A DNA stretch of 64,000 nt, from NCBI GenBank assembly GCA_963720265.1, contig CAVRET010000002.1, forward strand, positions 264,704-328,703. Reading direction: 5' to 3'. A program made the translations under genes and the position numbers. Under the pieces are notes generated by a model. The model saw nothing but the letters and a program-made list of their open reading frames with translations, did no database searches and was not told the origin of the DNA. The DNA is from an uncultured bacterium. GTDB lineage: Bacteria; Patescibacteriota; Saccharimonadia; UBA4664. Within the stretch, counting starts at the first letter, position 1; the number at the start of each line of letters is the position of its first letter. Shown in pieces: positions 17,697 through 27,224 of the stretch.

Positions 17697-20258
17697 TTGA
17701 AGAAACAATTTGAGCTCGAAAAAGCCTACGACCCGAAGCAACACGAGGGCCGTATCTATAGGCAATGGGAAGATTCCGGCGCCTTCAAGCCCAATATGCA
17801 TGCGCCAAAGGACCCGTTCACCATCATCATGCCGCCACCCAACGCCAACGGCGACCTCCATCTGGGTCACGCTATGTATACGGTCGAGGACGTCATGATC
17901 CGCTATCATCGCATGGCCGGGTACAAAACCCTCTGGCTCCCCGGCGCCGACCACGCCGGCATTGAGACCCAGGTGGTCTACGAGCGTCTGCTCGCCGAAG
18001 AGGGCAAAACCCGCTTCGACCTCGGTCGCGAAGAATTCTACAAACAAGTGGACGCCTTCACCAAGAAAAACATGGCCACCATGATCAGCCAGGTCAAAAG
18101 TCTGGGCTTTTCCGTTGACTGGTCGCGCCTCAAGTACACACTTGACCCTGACATTGTTGAGATCGTCACTGACACGTTCAAGCGCCTCCATGACGCGGGC
18201 TACATTTACCGTGGTAACCGCATCGTCAACTGGTGCCCATACTGTCGCTCCGCTTTTGCTGATATCGAGGTCAAATACCGCGAACAAATCGATCCGCTGT
18301 ATTACATCAAGTACGGCCCGTTTGTGCTCGCTACCGTCCGCCCCGAAACCAAGTTCGGCGACACCGCCATCGCGGTCAACCCCAAAGACGAGCGCTACCA
18401 GAAATATATCGGTAAAACGATCGAAGCCGAAGACCTCAATGGACCCATCAAGCTCAAGGTCATCGCCGACGACTTTGTAAACCCGGAGTTCGGCACCGGC
18501 GTGGTAAAGGTCACGCCTGCCCATGACCCCAACGACTGGGAGATGGGCCTGCGCCACAATCTCGAAGTCAAACAAGCCATCGGCACCGACGGCCGCCTCA
18601 CCGAGCTCACCGGCAAATACGCCGGCATGCCTGTAGCCGAAGCCCGCCAGCAAGTGGCCCACGACCTCGAGGAACGCGGCCTCATGGACCACATCGATAT
18701 GAATTACACCCACTCGGTCGGCTACCACGACCGCTGCGGCACCCTCATTGAACCACTCGTGGTTGAGCAATGGTGGCTTAAGGTTGATGAGCTCAAAAAA
18801 CCGGCTATAAAAGCCTTCAAATCCGATGAAATCCAGATTGTACCGGCCCGCTTCAAGAAAGTTTGCATCGACTGGCTCGAAAACCTGCGCGACTGGAACA
18901 TCTCACGCCAAAACTGGTGGGGTATCCGCATCCCGGTCTACTACAATCTTGGCAGTCCCAAATCCAAGCAGCCCTACATCATTACCTCAGATGAAGCCGA
19001 GGCTATCAAAGAATTCGGCAAAGGGCACTACGAGGCCGAAACCGACAACTTCGACACCTGGTTTAGCTCCAGTCAGTGGCCGTTTGCCACGCTCATGGCT
19101 ACCGGCGACTTTGAGAAGGGCTTCTACCCTACTGCGGTCATGGAAACCGGCCGCGATATCCTGTTTCAATGGGTCACCCGCATGGTTATGCTCGGCATCT
19201 TCCGTACCGGCCAGATCCCATTCCGTACTGTTTATCTGCACGGCCTGGTCAATGACGAGCACGGCAAGAAAATGTCCAAATCCAAGGGCAACGTGCTTAA
19301 CCCGCTCGAGCTCACGGCCAAGTATGGCACCGACGCCGTTCGCCTCGCCCTCACTATCGGCATCACGCCCGGCAACGACGGCGCGCTATCTGAGCGCAAG
19401 ATTGAAGGCTACCGTAACTTCTGCAACAAGCTCTGGAATGTCGCTCGCTTCATCATCGCCACGCTTCCGGACGACTATGCACCCGGCCGACCGATACCCC
19501 AGACCCCAGCCGACGCCTGGATCCTCGCTCGCACGAATGACACCACGCGTGAAGTCACGAAGGCCATTGAGAGCTATCGTTTCTCCGAAGCCGGCCAGCT
19601 CATCTATGCCCTCCTCTGGGATGACTTCGCCAACTGGTACATCGAGGCGTCCAAGGTTAAACAAAATCCGAACATACTCTACAATACCCTGGTCACTATC
19701 CTCAAACTGACCCACCCTATTGCACCATTTGTAACCGAAGCTATTTGGGGTGCCCTGCCCGGTACCGACGGCCAACTCATGACCGCCACCTGGCCCGAAG
19801 CTGTTAAATCTCCCACCGAGCTACTTGCCCAGGCTGCCGCCTTTGAGTCCACCAAAGCCGTCATTCAAGCCAGTCGGACCCTTGCCGCCGAAGAACACCT
19901 TAATCAGCCAATTATCCTCACAACCGACCAGGCAGTCTCCGACAGCGCTGATCTTGTCACGCGTCTCGGGCGTACCAAAGCGGTTAAGCTCGTTGAGAAG
20001 GGGAGTGGGCTCTACCTCGGAACAGCCGCTCCAGCCTGGATCGAAGCTACGACGGACCAAGTTGCCGCTCGTGCCAGTCGTCTGCGCACACTCCGGACCG
20101 ACAAACAAGCCTACCTAGAATCGCTCGAAGCTCGCCTGGCCAACAACAACTACGTCAAATCCGCACCGCCGCAGGTTGTTCAGGAAACCCGCGACAAGCA
20201 CGCAGAAACCGTGCAGCTCCTGCAGAAACTCGACCAGCAACTCGAGGCGCTGGCTTAG
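17697..20258 (+). CDS. valS: valine--tRNA ligase
   Basis: TTG start. HIGH motif PPPNANGDLHLGHA, KMSKS motif KMSKSKGN, C-terminal coiled coil. 853 aa. Confidence 0.95.
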   Translation: MKKQFELEKAYDPKQHEGRIYRQWEDSGAFKPNMHAPKDPFTIIMPPPNANGDLHLGHAMYTVEDVMIRYHRMAGYKTLWLPGADHAGIETQVVYERLLAEEGKTRFDLGREEFYKQVDAFTKKNMATMISQVKSLGFSVDWSRLKYTLDPDIVEIVTDTFKRLHDAGYIYRGNRIVNWCPYCRSAFADIEVKYREQIDPLYYIKYGPFVLATVRPETKFGDTAIAVNPKDERYQKYIGKTIEAEDLNGPIKLKVIADDFVNPEFGTGVVKVTPAHDPNDWEMGLRHNLEVKQAIGTDGRLTELTGKYAGMPVAEARQQVAHDLEERGLMDHIDMNYTHSVGYHDRCGTLIEPLVVEQWWLKVDELKKPAIKAFKSDEIQIVPARFKKVCIDWLENLRDWNISRQNWWGIRIPVYYNLGSPKSKQPYIITSDEAEAIKEFGKGHYEAETDNFDTWFSSSQWPFATLMATGDFEKGFYPTAVMETGRDILFQWVTRMVMLGIFRTGQIPFRTVYLHGLVNDEHGKKMSKSKGNVLNPLELTAKYGTDAVRLALTIGITPGNDGALSERKIEGYRNFCNKLWNVARFIIATLPDDYAPGRPIPQTPADAWILARTNDTTREVTKAIESYRFSEAGQLIYALLWDDFANWYIEASKVKQNPNILYNTLVTILKLTHPIAPFVTEAIWGALPGTDGQLMTATWPEAVKSPTELLAQAAAFESTKAVIQASRTLAAEEHLNQPIILTTDQAVSDSADLVTRLGRTKAVKLVEKGSGLYLGTAAPAWIEATTDQVAARASRLRTLRTDKQAYLESLEARLANNNYVKSAPPQVVQETRDKHAETVQLLQKLDQQLEALA

Positions 20259-21601
20259 TCGCGCCGCCACAATTCGGCATCCTGCGCGCTAAGCACCAGC
20301 CGCCAGCCCGGCTGCCGGCTCAAATGTGCGCTCAATTTGGTGTCGTATTCGCTCAAAACCGCGCATTGCACGTTATATCGTGCAAATTCGGCGTCTGACA
20401 CCGCACCGCCTTGCAGCACCTCAAGGTAGCGGTCCAAATACGATCCCTGCGGACCACGCCAGCTCGGCATGCGTCCATCGATGTAATCGGGTACGCCCGG
20501 CAGCACCCAGATCATGAAGCCGCCGTAGTTGTAGTCGTTAAACACGTGCCCCCGGCACGGAGCAGCCTTAAGTGCGCGAAACACGGCCACCGGTTGGGCC
20601 AGCGACATACCGTTATTTACCGCAGGCGGCCACACCAGCACTGCGAAAGAAAACGCCACGCCCGCCAAGATCGCGGCCGTCGCACGAAACAGCCGGTTCT
20701 CCATACATGCCAATGCTCGTTCTATGGACTCGTTGATGAGCCCAAGCGTGCCTACAACTGCCAACGGCAACTGCCGACTGGCCCACAAGGCAGCTGCCAG
20801 GAGCACAACCCCGCGTACGCGCACAAATGTCCACCCGCGCGCTACGATGAGCACAACAACTAGCGTCACCACGTACGGCGCCACGGCATAGTTCACGGCC
20901 AGCGGCCCCCACTCCACAATCCGTGAGCCCAAGGCGCCGTCACTCATCGTGCGCCACAGTTCCACATACACACCGAAACCGTACGGGTTAACCAGGGTTG
21001 CAGCAGCCGCGGCCAATCCCCACAGCGCCAACCGCCGCGAGCGGTCCAGTATTGCTTTGAGCGCGACTAACCCCAGACCCAATGCAAACCCAGCGTGCAG
21101 ATTTGCCCACAATCCAAACAGCGGCACCAGCAGCCAGTATCGCGGCCGCTTAGCTTCAATGAGCCGAATCAGCAACGCCAGGCCCAGCGCCGTCCACACC
21201 TCAGGCCTCACGGCCAGATACGTCAGTAATGCTCCAAGCGCCAGCCCCACCGCAGCCCAACCGATCCGCCGCGGCCAGACCGCAAGCACCAGCGCCAATG
21301 TCCACAGCCCTGCCTCAAAAAGGCCCAATGCCGCATAGCCCAAGTGATGCGCTACCGCATACACAAACACATCGTTCAACCATTCGTGGTTAATCCACAC
21401 GAAACCCTTGGCCGTATACGTAAACACATCATGGTGTGGCACACCATGGGCCAAAATGTACTGGCCTGAGCGGAAATGCCAGCCGAAATCAGGATCAAGC
21501 CGGTGCGTACATAGGTAGGCAATATAAGCAAATGCCCATACGGACGGCCACCACCGGCTCCGGGCCAACTTGCACAGCCACAGCCACATGCCTACCATCA
21601 T
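20255..21601 (-). CDS. polytopic integral membrane protein (possible GT-C-like glycosyltransferase)
   Basis: More than 10 predicted TM helices and Trp/Arg-rich loops. Start is uncertain: 21628, or the second/third Met at 21601. Confidence 0.5.
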   Translation of the reverse strand: MMVGMWLWLCKLARSRWWPSVWAFAYIAYLCTHRLDPDFGWHFRSGQYILAHGVPHHDVFTYTAKGFVWINHEWLNDVFVYAVAHHLGYAALGLFEAGLWTLALVLAVWPRRIGWAAVGLALGALLTYLAVRPEVWTALGLALLIRLIEAKRPRYWLLVPLFGLWANLHAGFALGLGLVALKAILDRSRRLALWGLAAAAATLVNPYGFGVYVELWRTMSDGALGSRIVEWGPLAVNYAVAPYVVTLVVVLIVARGWTFVRVRGVVLLAAALWASRQLPLAVVGTLGLINESIERALACMENRLFRATAAILAGVAFSFAVLVWPPAVNNGMSLAQPVAVFRALKAAPCRGHVFNDYNYGGFMIWVLPGVPDYIDGRMPSWRGPQGSYLDRYLEVLQGGAVSDAEFARYNVQCAVLSEYDTKLSAHLSRQPGWRLVLSAQDAELWRRD

Positions 21602-21606
21602 ACATA

Positions 21607-22431
21607 ATGGATTCTCATCGTCAGTCAAACGTGAAATTCTGGGTTGCGAGCGTAATTGTGTTCGTCGTCTCGGCAGCCGCCCTGGCTGCGTTGTGGCCCA
21701 GCGCGCTGTCTGCTGCGCGCGCCACTTCCAGCCGGCTAGCCTCAGACGGCCAGGCGGATAGGGGAGTGACTACGGCCGATTATCAGCTAGCCGTCTGGTT
21801 GAACCCAGGTAATCAAACTGCTCGGCTCGGCCTAGCCGCAGCCCAAATTGAAGACGGCCAAGCGGCAGCCGCACTGGCTACGTTGGGACCGGCGGGGCAG
21901 GGGAGTGCAGTCGGTGCGTTGCGGGTGCGCGCATTCATTGAGGACAATCAGCCGGTTGCCGCAGCCGCCGCAGGCGGTGGACTCGTTACCCAAGCGCCCA
22001 CCGATACCAACATTGAGCTTGTGGCGCTGGCCGACGCTAGTGCCGGCCGCCCATTGACGCAGAACAGTTCGCTAATTTCACGTCTAACGTCATCAGAGGC
22101 CCTACAAGCTGTCAATCGCACCGATGCCGGGGAATTACCACTCGCCGCCGAATTGTACGCCACAGGGCTCCTACACAGCTCCAGGCGCATTCTGCTAACG
22201 CTCCCCCAAAGTTATGAGCGCAATCTGCTTCTCGCCAATGTTGATTACGATATCCACACGCAATCCACACTCACGCAGGCGTCGAGCGTACTATCGGCTG
22301 CAATTGCCATGAATCCAGCCGATATTTCAACTCGCCAGCTGCTCGTGCAAGTCTACCGTGCTCAAGGCAAGCCGGCCGAGGCATTTGATCAGACTACCGC
22401 CATCGCCAAGCTCCAGTCCGGCCGGCCGTAA
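21607..22431 (+). CDS. membrane-anchored TPR-like repeat protein
   Basis: Start taken at the Met that gives an N-terminal TM helix (FWVASVIVFVVSAAALAALW), followed by Ala-rich TPR-like helical repeats. The track ORF starts at 21436 and overlaps the neighbouring gene. Confidence 0.4.
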   Translation: MDSHRQSNVKFWVASVIVFVVSAAALAALWPSALSAARATSSRLASDGQADRGVTTADYQLAVWLNPGNQTARLGLAAAQIEDGQAAAALATLGPAGQGSAVGALRVRAFIEDNQPVAAAAAGGGLVTQAPTDTNIELVALADASAGRPLTQNSSLISRLTSSEALQAVNRTDAGELPLAAELYATGLLHSSRRILLTLPQSYERNLLLANVDYDIHTQSTLTQASSVLSAAIAMNPADISTRQLLVQVYRAQGKPAEAFDQTTAIAKLQSGRP

Positions 22432-22534
22432 AGCGTCGATAATGCATCCGTGCGAAAACACCAGGCGTTCGGAGGCACCGTCTGGTTGAGCTACGAACAT
22501 GCCTCAAGAAAGTTACGAGTGAAAAATTGCTTTT

Positions 22535-22828
22535 GCGCGACTTTTTGAAAATCGAAATTTCAATCTGGAATTTCTGCAGCAAATCGAGAGATAACAAAAA
22601 ACGGCTCCAAGTCGAGCCGAAGAATCATTTGGCGGAGAGGGTGGGATTCGAACCCACGGAAGCCTTGCGACCTCACCGCATTTCGAGTGCGGCGCACTAG
22701 TCCACTATGCGACCTCTCCAAAAAAATTTTATTCCGCTTATGTTTCCACGGAGAAGTCCGCGAAACTTGTTTTAGCGATTTTTCGAAGAATCGATTATTC
22801 GATCTGGAACTTGTCTACGGTAGCGCAA
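22535..22828. repeat. imperfect ~45-nt direct repeats flanking tRNA-Ser(CGA)
   Basis: GCGCGACTTTTTGAAAATCGAAATTTCAATCTGGAATTTCTGCAGC (22535-22580) versus TAGCGATTTTTCGAAGAATCGATTATTCGATCTGGAACTTGTCTACG (22773-22820), on either side of the tRNA. Confidence 0.45.
22630..22719 (-). tRNA. tRNA-Ser (anticodon CGA)
   Basis: Minus-strand cloverleaf GGAGAGG...CTCGAAA...GGTTCGAATCC...CCTCTCCGCCA with a long variable arm and encoded CCA. Confidence 0.8.
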
Positions 22829-23020
22829 AACCGCGTTCGGCTCAAGCGCCCACCATGATACATGATTGACAAACGATCAAATAACTGGCACATCTGCACA
22901 GTCAACTGCCCCGTTAGGGTTCGAGACGGCCACAGTTAAGGCAGCTTGCGGTTCCGGGTCGGCGTCAAGCCAATAGCATAGAAAGCACCTGAGCCACGTC
23001 TGAATGCAAGCCTAGCATTT

Positions 23021-24709
23021 TTGTGTAATAGTGTATCTATGCGTAGGCGATCAAAGAAAGACCGCGCCGAAGGCGCGGTTAAAACTATCGACGATTTTGG
23101 TCTGTTCAGTCGGCGGGCACTAAATATACTTGCCGCTTTTTCGTTTCTCGCAATTTTTGCGGCCGTCGGCATCTACATGACGCACAAATCGCAGGCCGCG
23201 AGCGGCGAGGTGGTGGTATCGCCGGTCGGCAATTACGGCTACTGCATGGACGACTTCCACTCGCAGACCGGATCAGCGGGAGCACCAAACAAGGTGGATA
23301 TCTGGGGATGCAATGGCTCAACTGCCCAAGATTGGACCTATAACTCCAACCATACAATTACTGACTTTGGACAGTGTCTGGATGTCTATCAGGGAGGCAA
23401 AACCTCCGGATCAAAGGTTGACTTGTTTCCATGTAACGGCGGCACGAACCAACTGTGGACCACAACCGCCCAAAACACACTGGTCAACACCGGTAGTGGC
23501 TTATGTTTGGACGATCCCAGTGCTAGCACCACCGATGGTACGCAACTACAAATTTGGACATGTAACGGCAACGTCCAGCAAATCTGGTACTGGTCAGCCC
23601 CCGCGACTCCTGTACCCACGCCGGCACCAACACCAAAGCCCACGGTTAATCCAACTCCGGCGCCAACTCCTGTGCCCACGCCGGCGCCCACGCCCAACCC
23701 GGGTGGCGGTGGGGGAGGCACTGGGGGAGGGACTGGTGGTGGTTCCGGCGGCTCGGGTGGCACAGGCGGAGGTACGGGTAGTGGGTCGGGTGGCAGCAGC
23801 GGAGGTACCGGCGGTGGAGGCGGCAGCTCCGACACGGGCGGAGGCAGCAGTGGAAGTGGTAGCAGCTCGAGCAGCGCCTCGGTACCTTCAACACCCGGCA
23901 ACTTCACGGCCACTGCCGACAGTACCAACGCGGTTATCACGTTATCTTGGACAGCCTCAAGCGATGCGGTTGGCATCATGGGCTATCAGGTCGAACGGTC
24001 AGTCGATGACGCCACCTGGTCGGTACTGTCAACCGACGCCACCGGCGATGGGTATGATGACACTTCGGTCAACTTCGGCGTGCACTATTATTACCGGATA
24101 AAGGCGATTGACAACAGCGGCAACGAATCCGGCTACGCAACCGCCGATGCTACAACGGCATCATTTGTAGGAACGGCCTCAGCCGGCTCGGGTTCGTCGT
24201 CCTACACGAGCGAAGATGGGCTCGCTACAGTAACATTACCCAGTGGCGCTGTAGCCGGTTCAGTAGATTGCAGCGTGGCCGTTGACACGGCTACCAACTT
24301 CGCGACCAAGTCACACAAAGTAGTGGCCGGTCCATATGAGCTCGTCTGCAAAGATGCAAACGGTAATGCTGTAACGTCATTCGCGCAAGCGTTATCGTGG
24401 TCAATCAGCCTCAAAAACAAGCTCAAGGGCGTATCAGGACCAACTGCCTACACAGCGACTGCAAGCAGCACACTGAGCGTCATCACGAATGCGAAATTTA
24501 ACACTTCGTCGCAGGTCATGACGTTTACCACTACGTCTGCCAACGACGTGCTCGTGCTGGCGACTATCAGCCACGGCATCTCCTGGAGCTTCGTGGTAAT
24601 CATTCTTGTGGTGCTAGGCATCGCCGGCGGTGTTGCAACGCTGATTCTCCGGCGGCAGCAGAAGTCAAACTACGATGACTACCTACGGACCAAGTACTAC
24701 AACCTTTAA
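23021..24709 (+). CDS. cell-surface protein: N-terminal TM anchor, ricin-B (beta-trefoil) lectin repeats, Pro/Thr and Gly-rich linkers, fibronectin type III domain, C-terminal TM helix
   Basis: QxW lectin repeats (QDW, QLW, QIW; GQCLD, GLCLDD). PTPAPTPKP and G/S/T low-complexity linkers. FN3 block YQVERSVDDATWSVL...YYYRIKAIDNSGNES. C-terminal helix WSFVVIILVVLGIAGGVATLILRRQQ. Confidence 0.8.
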   Translation: MCNSVSMRRRSKKDRAEGAVKTIDDFGLFSRRALNILAAFSFLAIFAAVGIYMTHKSQAASGEVVVSPVGNYGYCMDDFHSQTGSAGAPNKVDIWGCNGSTAQDWTYNSNHTITDFGQCLDVYQGGKTSGSKVDLFPCNGGTNQLWTTTAQNTLVNTGSGLCLDDPSASTTDGTQLQIWTCNGNVQQIWYWSAPATPVPTPAPTPKPTVNPTPAPTPVPTPAPTPNPGGGGGGTGGGTGGGSGGSGGTGGGTGSGSGGSSGGTGGGGGSSDTGGGSSGSGSSSSSASVPSTPGNFTATADSTNAVITLSWTASSDAVGIMGYQVERSVDDATWSVLSTDATGDGYDDTSVNFGVHYYYRIKAIDNSGNESGYATADATTASFVGTASAGSGSSSYTSEDGLATVTLPSGAVAGSVDCSVAVDTATNFATKSHKVVAGPYELVCKDANGNAVTSFAQALSWSISLKNKLKGVSGPTAYTATASSTLSVITNAKFNTSSQVMTFTTTSANDVLVLATISHGISWSFVVIILVVLGIAGGVATLILRRQQKSNYDDYLRTKYYNL

Positions 24710-24736
24710 ATGCTAAGCCGTCGCAACTGAGCCTAA

Positions 24737-25099
24737 CTAGCCGAGTAAGCGGGTCCGCTGCAACAAGCATTCCTCCGCCAAGACGCCACCGGTAACGACA
24801 ATTGGATATTTCTTTGACCACCGTGCAATCTCCTCGGCCGGGATCGGCAATGAGGCCGTCGGCTCGGTTTTTGCACCATAGTAGACGCGCGCGACTTTTG
24901 CTTTAATAATGCAGGTTATGCACGCCGGGCAAGGCTCTGAGGTAGTATAGAATACATGATCTCTCAGCGAGAGCGTAGTCAGTTTCTGACACAAGAACCG
25001 GATCGCGTTAACTTCGCCATGAGCGGCAGGATCAGTGTACTCATGCAAACGATCATGGTCCCGATGTACAACACTGCCTAACTGATCAGCACAACACAA
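24737..25099 (-). CDS. cytidine/deoxycytidylate-type (CDA-fold) zinc deaminase, TadA-like
   Basis: H(G)E motif HGEVNAI and PCxxC motif EPCPAC. 120 aa, short N-terminus. Confidence 0.65.
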   Translation of the reverse strand: MCCADQLGSVVHRDHDRLHEYTDPAAHGEVNAIRFLCQKLTTLSLRDHVFYTTSEPCPACITCIIKAKVARVYYGAKTEPTASLPIPAEEIARWSKKYPIVVTGGVLAEECLLQRTRLLG

Positions 25100-25193
25100 G
25101 CAAACGGCTCGTTGCCGTCTCGCACCGCCTGTTCCGCCTCCGCCAGCGCCAATTCATAACCCCTTCAGGCTGCATAATAATTCTGATAATTCC

Positions 25194-25269
25194 TGGCGCG
25201 CTTGGCAGGATTCGAACCTGCGACCCCCAGCACCGCAAGCTGATGCTCTATCCACTGAGCTACAAGCGC
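25194..25269 (-). tRNA. tRNA-Arg (anticodon GCG as read here)
   Basis: GCGCTTGTAGCTCAGTGGATAGAGCATCAGCTTGCGGTGCTGGGGGTCGCAGGTTCGAATCCTGCCAAGCGCGCCA. C35/G36 and an A-containing D-loop fit Arg identity. Confidence 0.75.
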
Positions 25270-25328
25270 ATGCGCCTAAGCACCACCCGACTTTACCATA
25301 TTCGGTCGCAAAAATAAAGTCAGTTGAA

Positions 25329-25928
25329 CTAAAACCGCAGATACTGGGTGACGCGTTCAATCATGTCTGGTTGGCGGTCAACTCGTGGCAAATACTGCTC
25401 GAGATGCGCCACAATAACATCCAAATCCTGCGGATCAAATAGCACTGCCATGCGCGGACGGAAGCGCCGTGTCGGTTCAAGGTCAATGGTGTGCCACTCA
25501 GCATCAGGCAAAACCCCAAACGAACGAAACTCCTTGAACGGAAGGGCATGGCCCTCAATCACAATGCCGGCCGCGGTCAGCTCGTACGTCAAAACTCGCG
25601 GCGGTTTGTGTGCGTATACGGCTATTGCGACGCCCATTGCCACAAACGCTCCCGCCACCAGCCAGTAGTGCAGCAGCAGCGCCGCACCTACCAAAATCGC
25701 TACTCCACCGACTAAGCCCGCATACCATCCTGTACCCTTATGGTTGTGGACATATTCAGAGGCTTGCCATTTAAATCCCGGCTCTTCAGGGAGTTCGTCG
25801 CCTTCACCCGCGTCGAATTGCCCGGCGTCTGCATTAGGGTCGGCGTCAGCCAACAACCCACCGGTCTGATCATCCGGCGTCGGTGCTTCGGGCAGCTGCG
25901 TATTCGGCTGTTGGTCGTCGTCTTGCAT
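25329..25928 (-). CDS. bPH_2/YdbS-like membrane protein (acidic N-terminal tail, 2 TM helices, PH-like domain)
   Basis: TM hairpin WYAGLVGGVAILVGAALLL...AGAFVAMGVAIAVYA followed by a ~90-aa soluble domain. Start at the Met of MQDDDQQ. Confidence 0.45.
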   Translation of the reverse strand: MQDDDQQPNTQLPEAPTPDDQTGGLLADADPNADAGQFDAGEGDELPEEPGFKWQASEYVHNHKGTGWYAGLVGGVAILVGAALLLHYWLVAGAFVAMGVAIAVYAHKPPRVLTYELTAAGIVIEGHALPFKEFRSFGVLPDAEWHTIDLEPTRRFRPRMAVLFDPQDLDVIVAHLEQYLPRVDRQPDMIERVTQYLRF

Positions 25929-25999
25929 CACACCTGCTTCACTGGCATTATGACGCAACCGCAGGCAAAACCACAAGCATGATCAATAATTCCAATACC

Positions 26000-26085
26000 T
26001 GGCGGAGGGGGTGGGATTCGAACCCACGAGGCGCTAGCCTGCCGGTTTTCAAGACCGGTGCCTTCAACCACTCGGCCACCCCTCC
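26000..26085 (-). tRNA. tRNA-Ser (anticodon TGA)
   Basis: GGAGGGGTGGCCGAGTGGTTGAAGGC...CTTGAAA...GGTTCGAATCCCACCCCCTCCGCCA with a long variable arm and CCA. Confidence 0.8.
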
Positions 26086-26113
26086 AGAAAAATATAAAGA
26101 ATCTAATAATACC

Positions 26114-26206
26114 TGGCGGAGAGGGAGAGATTCGAACTCTCGCGAGGGATTACTCCCCCCTACAGGTTTAGCAAACCCGCCCCTTCAGCCTCTTGGGTAC
26201 CTCTCC
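26114..26206 (-). tRNA. tRNA-Ser (anticodon GCT)
   Basis: GGAGAGGTACCCAAGAGGCTGAAGGG...TTGCTAA...GAGTTCGAATCTCTCCCTCTCCGCCA with a long variable arm and CCA. Confidence 0.75.
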
Positions 26207-26723
26207 ACGCTTGCTGAACTCGGCTATAATACCGCGAACTTTCGTTTGTCTCAATACATTGGGCGGGGTCGGCCCGCCAGAGTCCGGCTCAACGAGCCTC
26301 ACTCCACCACGACCTCGTTGAACAATAGGAGCAACAAAGTAGACGACGAGTCCGGCGTAAGTAGCTTCAGCTACCTCCAGAGAGAGGCGCCAGGGTACCC
26401 CGGTTGATCGCCGCCCCAACGAGCGCTTGTATCGGCTCAGAGTTAAACAGTGGGGAATTCCCGCAACCCTCGCTGCAAGTTGCTCGTCCTGCTTGCCTCT
26501 AAGCGACCTTAGGCTAAACACGGCCACGAGCCCTATTGCAAGCGCCAGGCAAGCCACTGCGGTCAAGCCGGGCTCCCATTGGTAACATTCGACCGCAATC
26601 AGCAGTGCCTTCGCGTCTACACCGCACACACGTTCCCGGAGCCATCATCTCGATAAAGCCAAAACCCTTTCTTGCCTTTCATTTGAATGTCTGACTATAA
26701 TGGGCAAAAGGAGATTTTTCCAG

Positions 26724-27155
26724 ATGCCGGGTAAGAAATCCTCACCTGCTGAACAAGAAAACGTGCTGCAAGACGACTTTCTCGACGCCGCTCCCGAGGG
26801 CGAAGAAGATTGGATGGCCGAGGCCGAGGGCCAGCTTGCGGTTGACGTCTATCAAACCAAAGAAAACGTCGTAATCAAGGCCCCCATCGCCGGTGTAAGT
26901 GTCGACGACATCGACATTGAAGTTGCCGAAGATGTTGTCACGATCCGCGGTGAGCGCAAGGAAGAGGCCGAAGTCGACCGCGAACACTACTACGTCCAAG
27001 AATGCTACTGGGGCTCATTCTCTAGGTCGGTGATCTTGCCCACCTCAACGGTGGCCGAAAAAGCCGCTGCCAGTCTCAAAGACGGCGTCCTCACCATCAC
27101 CATCCCTAAGGTCGCCCAAGACAAGGTCAAGAAGATCAAGGTCAAGCCAATCTAG
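26724..27155 (+). CDS. Hsp20/alpha-crystallin family small heat-shock protein
   Basis: A-crystallin domain (QLAVDVYQTKENVVIKAPIAGV...GVLTITIPK). AAAGGAG ribosome-binding site 8 nt upstream of the second Met. Confidence 0.85.
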   Translation: MPGKKSSPAEQENVLQDDFLDAAPEGEEDWMAEAEGQLAVDVYQTKENVVIKAPIAGVSVDDIDIEVAEDVVTIRGERKEEAEVDREHYYVQECYWGSFSRSVILPTSTVAEKAAASLKDGVLTITIPKVAQDKVKKIKVKPI

Positions 27156-27177
27156 TCCGCAGCCGTTTTTCCTACGT

Positions 27178-27211
27178 CAAAAAATAAGACCCGTCCGGGT
27201 CTTATTTTTAG
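27178..27211. terminator. bidirectional intrinsic terminator between Hsp20 and the pilin-like operon
   Basis: Perfect 10-bp stem aataagaccc/gggtcttatt with a 4-nt loop, flanked by A4 on the left and T5 on the right. Confidence 0.65.
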
Positions 27212-27224
27212 GCTACAACCGACT

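Noticed and set aside
17628-18770. 380-aa minus-strand ORF
   Set aside because: It is entirely antisense to valS, with a Val/Gly/Ala-rich composition driven by GC. valS has HIGH/KMSKS motifs in frame.
23690-23880. Highly repetitive GGT/GGC/GGA tract that could be mistaken for a repeat array
   Set aside because: It is in frame within the lectin/FN3 gene and encodes a Gly/Ser/Thr linker. There is no spacer-repeat periodicity, so it is not a CRISPR.
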